Below, piece by piece: positions 61,335 to 64,000 of a DNA stretch of 64,000 nt. The stretch comes from Escherichia coli (GTDB taxonomy: Bacteria; Pseudomonadota; Gammaproteobacteria; Enterobacterales; Enterobacteriaceae): the NCBI RefSeq assembly GCF_030384885.1, contig NZ_CP128613.1; one strand, written 5' to 3'. Both the position numbers and the translations under genes were made by a program. Under the pieces are notes generated by a model. It made no database searches and was not told where the DNA came from. It was given only the letters and a program-made list of their open reading frames with translations. Within the stretch, counting starts at the first letter, position 1; every line of letters starts with the position of its first letter.

Positions 61335-63488
61335 ATGCTAAGTCCTTTGCTCAAACGCTATACCTGGAACAGCGCCTGGCTGTATTACGCGCGTATTTTT
61401 ATTGCGCTTTGTGGAACCACAGCGTTTCCGTGGTGGCTGGGTGATGTAAAACTGACGATTCCGCTGACGCTGGGGATGGTGGCAGCGGCGCTGACCGATC
61501 TCGATGACCGGCTGGCGGGACGTTTGCGTAACCTCATCATTACGCTGTTCTGCTTTTTTATCGCCTCGGCCTCAGTAGAATTGCTGTTTCCCTGGCCCTG
61601 GCTATTTGCAATTGGTTTAACGCTCTCTACCAGCGGCTTCATTTTGCTCGGCGGTCTGGGTCAACGCTATGCAACAATTGCCTTCGGTGCGTTACTGATC
61701 GCCATTTACACTATGTTGGGGACGTCACTGTATGAGCACTGGTATCAGCAGCCGATGTATCTGCTGGCCGGTGCCGTCTGGTACAACGTCCTGACACTTA
61801 TTGGTCATCTACTGTTCCCGGTCCGCCCGCTGCAGGACAACCTGGCGCGTTGCTATGAACAACTGGCGCGTTACCTTGAGCTCAAGTCACGCATGTTTGA
61901 TCCTGATATTGAAGATGAAAGCCAGGCACCGCTGTACGATTTGGCTCTCGCCAACGGTCAGCTGATGGCGACATTGAATCAGACGAAACTCTCGCTGCTG
62001 ACCCGCTTACGTGGCGATCGTGGTCAACGGGGAACGCGTCGCACGCTGCATTATTACTTTGTCGCGCAGGATATTCACGAGCGTGCCAGCTCTTCTCATA
62101 TTCAGTATCAAACATTGCGTGAACATTTTCGCCACAGCGACGTGCTGTTCCGTTTTCAGCGACTGATGTCGATGCAGGGCCAGGCGTGCCAGCAACTGTC
62201 ACGCTGTATTTTGCTGCGTCAGCCTTATCAACATGATCCGCATTTTGAGCGCGCTTTTACGCATATTGATGCTGCGCTGGAGCGGATGCGCGATAACGGC
62301 GCGCCTGCCGATTTACTCAAAACACTGGGATTTTTGCTGAACAATTTACGCGCTATTGATGCCCAACTGGCAACAATTGAATCAGAACAGGCCCAGGCAC
62401 TGCCCCATAATAATGACGAAAATGAGCTCGCTGATGACAGCCCGCACGGATTGAGTGATATCTGGCTGCGTCTTAGCCGTCACTTCACACCGGAATCCGC
62501 CCTCTTCCGTCATGCGGTAAGAATGTCGCTGGTGTTGTGCTTCGGCTACGCCATCATTCAGATAACCGGAATGCATCACGGGTATTGGATCTTGCTGACA
62601 AGTTTGTTTGTCTGCCAGCCAAACTATAACGCCACGCGCCACCGCCTGAAGTTAAGGATTATTGGTACGCTGGTAGGTATCGCCATTGGCATTCCTGTGC
62701 TGTGGTTTGTGCCGTCACTGGAAGGGCAGCTGGTGTTGCTGGTTATTACCGGCGTGCTCTTTTTTGCCTTCCGTAACGTGCAATATGCCCATGCAACGAT
62801 GTTCATCACACTTTTGGTGCTACTTTGTTTTAACTTGCTGGGTGAAGGTTTTGAAGTGGCGTTACCTCGCGTAATCGATACGCTGATTGGTTGTGCCATT
62901 GCGTGGGCGGCGGTGAGCTACATCTGGCCTGACTGGAAGTTTCGCAATCTGCCGCGCATGCTCGAACGTGCCACCGAGGCCAACTGTCGCTATCTCGATG
63001 CCATACTGGAGCAATACCATCAAGGGCGTGATAACCGTCTGGCGTATCGTATTGCCCGCCGCGATGCACACAACCGTGATGCTGAACTGGCGTCGGTGGT
63101 GTCAAATATGTCCAGCGAGCCGAACGTTACCCCGCAAATTCGCGAGGCTGCGTTTCGGTTGCTGTGCCTTAACCATACGTTTACCAGCTATATCTCAGCC
63201 CTCGGTGCTCACCGGGAGCAGTTAACTAATCCTGAAATTCTGGCGTTTCTTGATGACGCAGTTTGCTATGTTGATGACGCGCTACATCATCAACCTGCTG
63301 ATGAAGAACGCGTCAATCAGGCATTAGCTGACCTGAAACAGCGGATGCAGCAACTTGAACCACGGGCAGACAGCAAAGAACCTCTGGTCGTACAACAAGT
63401 CGGGTTATTGATTGCATTACTGCCAGAGATTGGTCGTCTGCAACGCCAGATTACTCAAGTTCCGCAGGAAACTCCTGTTTCGGCGTAA
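61335..63488 (+). CDS. yccS: Inner membrane protein YccS (YccS/YhfK family)
   Basis: 717 aa from MLSPLLKRYT. Confidence 0.9.
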   Translation: MLSPLLKRYTWNSAWLYYARIFIALCGTTAFPWWLGDVKLTIPLTLGMVAAALTDLDDRLAGRLRNLIITLFCFFIASASVELLFPWPWLFAIGLTLSTSGFILLGGLGQRYATIAFGALLIAIYTMLGTSLYEHWYQQPMYLLAGAVWYNVLTLIGHLLFPVRPLQDNLARCYEQLARYLELKSRMFDPDIEDESQAPLYDLALANGQLMATLNQTKLSLLTRLRGDRGQRGTRRTLHYYFVAQDIHERASSSHIQYQTLREHFRHSDVLFRFQRLMSMQGQACQQLSRCILLRQPYQHDPHFERAFTHIDAALERMRDNGAPADLLKTLGFLLNNLRAIDAQLATIESEQAQALPHNNDENELADDSPHGLSDIWLRLSRHFTPESALFRHAVRMSLVLCFGYAIIQITGMHHGYWILLTSLFVCQPNYNATRHRLKLRIIGTLVGIAIGIPVLWFVPSLEGQLVLLVITGVLFFAFRNVQYAHATMFITLLVLLCFNLLGEGFEVALPRVIDTLIGCAIAWAAVSYIWPDWKFRNLPRMLERATEANCRYLDAILEQYHQGRDNRLAYRIARRDAHNRDAELASVVSNMSSEPNVTPQIREAAFRLLCLNHTFTSYISALGAHREQLTNPEILAFLDDAVCYVDDALHHQPADEERVNQALADLKQRMQQLEPRADSKEPLVVQQVGLLIALLPEIGRLQRQITQVPQETPVSA

Positions 63489-64000
63489 GAGAGTCAGCCC
63501 ATTCTGCAAGCTCCTGGCGGCGTGCCACCGGGAGCGCAGCTTCATGAATGCCGATAATGGCCCCTTCAAGCATAAACAGAATCTTTTCTGTCACCAGACT
63601 GTTTTGCTGCCGCAGTCGCAACCAACACATTTTTGCCCCAAGTATACGTAACGCCCGTACATCCTTAATCCCCACCTCCCCGAGTATCGCTTCCAGATGA
63701 AAAGACATATTGGGCAAATCTTTCAGTCTTTCCCGGGTATTGCGCGTGCTTTTCTCTTTCAGCGCTGCATCGAGAGAATATTTCGACAGACGCACCAGCT
63801 TCAGTTGATTTCGCCATAGACTTTCATCAACCCGATAGTAATTGAGGGTAACGGATCGGCCACACTTTTTATATGTCAGCCAGACAGGCGGATGTTTTAC
63901 ACAGTACTGTGCACTTTGCTCACAAGCCCGAAGATACAACTCACCATCAGAAACCATCGCAAACACCGTGTCGTCAACGGTCAGGCTGTAACTACCAAAC
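63451..64000 (-). CDS. sxy: Competence regulator Sxy/TfoX, 3' portion (N-terminus lies beyond the window end)
   Basis: Frame matches the TfoX C-terminal region ...FAMVSDGELYLRACEQSAQYCV...PKQEFPAELE; runs to the window edge without a start. Confidence 0.85.
   Translation of the reverse strand, partial: FGSYSLTVDDTVFAMVSDGELYLRACEQSAQYCVKHPPVWLTYKKCGRSVTLNYYRVDESLWRNQLKLVRLSKYSLDAALKEKSTRNTRERLKDLPNMSFHLEAILGEVGIKDVRALRILGAKMCWLRLRQQNSLVTEKILFMLEGAIIGIHEAALPVARRQELAEWADSLTPKQEFPAELE

Overview
This window is a contiguous stretch of an Escherichia coli-type chromosome, recognised by recalling the protein sequences in the six-frame track (no database search was run). Gene order is efeBOU, putP/putA, rutR/rutABCDEFG, ymdF, wrbA, yccJ, agp, yccE, cbpA/cbpM, torDAC/torR/torT/torS, yccM, gnsA, cspG/cspH, gfcABCDE-etp-etk, appA/appX/appBC, hyaFEDCBA, serT tRNA, yccA, tusE, yccX, rlmI, hspQ, yccU, yccT, mgsA, helD, yccF, yccS and a partial sxy. 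It is written in the reverse orientation to the usual K-12 map. Almost all intergenic spacings match what I recall for K-12, with one clear exception: about 1.4 kb of AT-rich DNA (17761-19167) sits between the convergent 3' ends of yccJ and agp, where I recall only a ~36 bp terminator-containing gap. It carries two tightly linked, co-oriented small ORFs (about 108-122 aa and 119 aa) that I cannot assign to any family. This is the best candidate for an undescribed system; its function (toxin-antitoxin-like, defence, or other) is hypothesis only. Secondary strain-level points are an apparently intact efeU, no IS element upstream of the gfc operon, and a ymcE-like frame without a usable start. 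Regulatory motifs (PutA operators, tor boxes, a sigma54 promoter for rutA), REP/BIME repeats and several terminators are also readable.
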